Shown here in pieces: positions 62,317-64,000 of a stretch of 64,000 bases of DNA; position 1 is the first letter of the stretch, and every line of letters starts with the position of its first letter. Source of the stretch: Nitrospirota bacterium (GTDB lineage Bacteria; Nitrospirota; UBA9217). The stretch spans positions 192,001 to 256,000 of the forward strand of contig CAVVUN010000008.1 of the NCBI GenBank assembly GCA_963751455.1. The letters are read 5' to 3'. Made by a program: the position numbers and the translations under genes. The notes below the pieces were generated by a model, which searched no databases, was not told the origin of the DNA, and worked only from the letters and a program-made list of their open reading frames with translations.

Positions 62317-63207
62317 ATGGCCGATATCTGTCCGACAACACGAGTTGAGAAGATCCTTCTCTCAACAGATGGTTCTGACTTCAGCGAAGGGGCAGTGCGC
62401 GAGGCGATCAAGCTCGCGAAAAAATGTTCTACCGGTCTTTCAGTCCTGTCTGTGATAGACTTTAACCCCGAATTCGATGCTGCTGCGCCTCAGATCGTGG
62501 AAAAGAAAGAGAAGGACGCACGGGAGCATCTTGAAGCCGTGAAAGCCAGGGCGAAAAAAGAAGGGGTTGACTGCACAACCCTCGTTCAGAGGGGTGAAGC
62601 TTCCTACAAGCATATCGTCGATGAAGCAAGCAAGAACAAATATACCATGATCGTGATGGGCAGGAGGGGAAGAACCGGCCTCAAGCGGCTCATGATGGGA
62701 AGCGTTACTTCTCGCGTCGTCGGTCTTGCGCCTTGCAATGTGCTCGTGGTGCCCAAAGATGCGCACCTCGAGTTTAAGAACATTCTGATCGCCACAGACG
62801 GTTCTCAATACTCGCTGACTGCAGCATCCGAAGCTATAGGGCTGGCGAAGCGCAACAGCAGCATGCTCACGGTAATCGCGGTTGTCCCCTCCGAACTCGC
62901 CACTCCCGCGGACGTTGATTTCTCCATAGCGCAGCGCGAGCATATCGCCGAAAAGGAGATGCATGAGGCCGAAAAGAATGCCAAGGCCGTCAAGGAGGCA
63001 GCGCTGAAGGAAGATGTATCGGTCAGGGCCTTTATCTTAAGCGGGAAACCTGCAGACGCAATAATCGAAACGGCCACAGAAAGAAAAGCCGACCTGATCG
63101 TGCTTGGAAGTCACGGACGGACCGGCCTGGAAAAGCTCCTCATGGGCAGCGTTGCGGAACGAGTCATCGTGCTCTCCTCTTGTCCGGTGTTGGTCGTGAA
63201 AAAATAG
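62317..63207 (+). CDS. Tandem universal stress protein
   Basis: 'GRRGRTG..MGSVT', 'GSHGRTG..MGSVA'; paralog of 49000-49875. Confidence 0.92.
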   Translation: MADICPTTRVEKILLSTDGSDFSEGAVREAIKLAKKCSTGLSVLSVIDFNPEFDAAAPQIVEKKEKDAREHLEAVKARAKKEGVDCTTLVQRGEASYKHIVDEASKNKYTMIVMGRRGRTGLKRLMMGSVTSRVVGLAPCNVLVVPKDAHLEFKNILIATDGSQYSLTAASEAIGLAKRNSSMLTVIAVVPSELATPADVDFSIAQREHIAEKEMHEAEKNAKAVKEAALKEDVSVRAFILSGKPADAIIETATERKADLIVLGSHGRTGLEKLLMGSVAERVIVLSSCPVLVVKK

Positions 63208-63229
63208 CGCAAGCATCAGGTAATTTTTT

Positions 63230-64000
63230 ATGCTGAACATTCTCATCATCTCAAATGAAGCGAAAAACCTTTATGCGCTCTTCAAGTCTTCGGGTTTCGT
63301 CTCGGAGGTCCAGAATTTAACCGGTGAAGCTTCTTCCGGAGGCGAAGAAGGCAGGGAAAACGAGACGCACGACATTGCATTCCTGGACCTTGATACCGAA
63401 AACTGGCAGGAGCGTCTGCTCGACTTGCGGCATCGGATGCCGGTCGTCGCTTTTTCTCACTCCGATCTCAGGAAGGCAGTTGAGTCAATGCGCCTGGGGG
63501 CCGGTGATTACCTGGAAAAACCCTTGACGGCCGAGGTACTCTCGGACGTGATTACCCGCCACAAGAAAAAAATCCTGAGTCACAAATACGGGTTCGATGA
63601 AATAATCGGCCATAGCACAGCCATGCAGGAGGTGTTCGGTCTCATCAAAAAAGCGGCGGCCAGTGAGAGCAATGTGCTGATTACCGGAGAAAGCGGGACG
63701 GGCAAGGAGCTGATAGCACGGGCGATCCATCGATGGAGTCCTCGTAACGAGCGGTCCTTCATGACGATCAATTGCAGCGCCATCCCCGATACGCTGCTCG
63801 AATCGGAACTGTTCGGTTTCGAAAAGGGCGCTTTTACGGGCGCTCACTACCAGAAAAAGGGTCTTCTGGAGCAATCCGACGGCGGAACAGTGTTTTTCGA
63901 CGAGATCGGTGACGTCTCGCCCCTGTTTCAGACCAAGATACTGAGGGTTCTGCAGGAAGGCGAGATCATGCGCATCGGGGGCATGCGCCAGCTTAAAGTT
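63230..64000 (+). CDS. sigma54-dependent regulator (runs off the window)
   Basis: Open frame to the window end: REC-like N-terminus, 'GESGTGKE', 'GAFTGA', 'FFDEIG'. Confidence 0.88.
   Translation, partial: MLNILIISNEAKNLYALFKSSGFVSEVQNLTGEASSGGEEGRENETHDIAFLDLDTENWQERLLDLRHRMPVVAFSHSDLRKAVESMRLGAGDYLEKPLTAEVLSDVITRHKKKILSHKYGFDEIIGHSTAMQEVFGLIKKAAASESNVLITGESGTGKELIARAIHRWSPRNERSFMTINCSAIPDTLLESELFGFEKGAFTGAHYQKKGLLEQSDGGTVFFDEIGDVSPLFQTKILRVLQEGEIMRIGGMRQLKV

Noticed and set aside
1-64000. CRISPR array or cas genes
   Set aside because: No regularly spaced 25-45 bp direct repeats with unique spacers and no Cas motifs; the repeats are dispersed palindromes.

Overview
64 kb of a roughly 50% GC bacterial chromosome. 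The gene repertoire suggests an anaerobe of the Nitrospirota or Desulfobacterota type (inference only). 1-32 kb: housekeeping and signalling genes (dppBC-type permeases, rsmA, gmhA, orphan sigma54 activator/flhG/fliA module, trxB, c-di-GMP enzymes, stand-alone IS200, triheme cytochrome, B12 radical SAM, clpS, P-type ATPase, tRNA-Gln and tRNA-Glu). 32-64 kb: two related sigma54-controlled modules, each with a two-component system and a TauE/SafE transporter. One carries a receiver-domain-containing Lon; the other carries TIGR02186 and has six universal stress proteins in or beside it. They are separated by a decaying toxin-antitoxin island and xth. Highlights: (i) four small proteins sharing an 'E-x-x-x-x-A/T-x-x-FAE-x-G/D' helix, each first or second behind a sigma54-type promoter; (ii) an intact 2.4 kb IS1-like element (17 bp TIR, 8 bp TSD) carrying an AT-rich SDH/ClpP-like protease plus peptide operon and a small basic protein; (iii) a 43-107 bp hairpin element family, one copy of which precisely interrupts higB; (iv) a candidate attenuator/riboswitch before a CBS gene and a sigma54-driven candidate sRNA; (v) several MITE/REP and heptamer repeat families, two occurrences of which are translated in frame.
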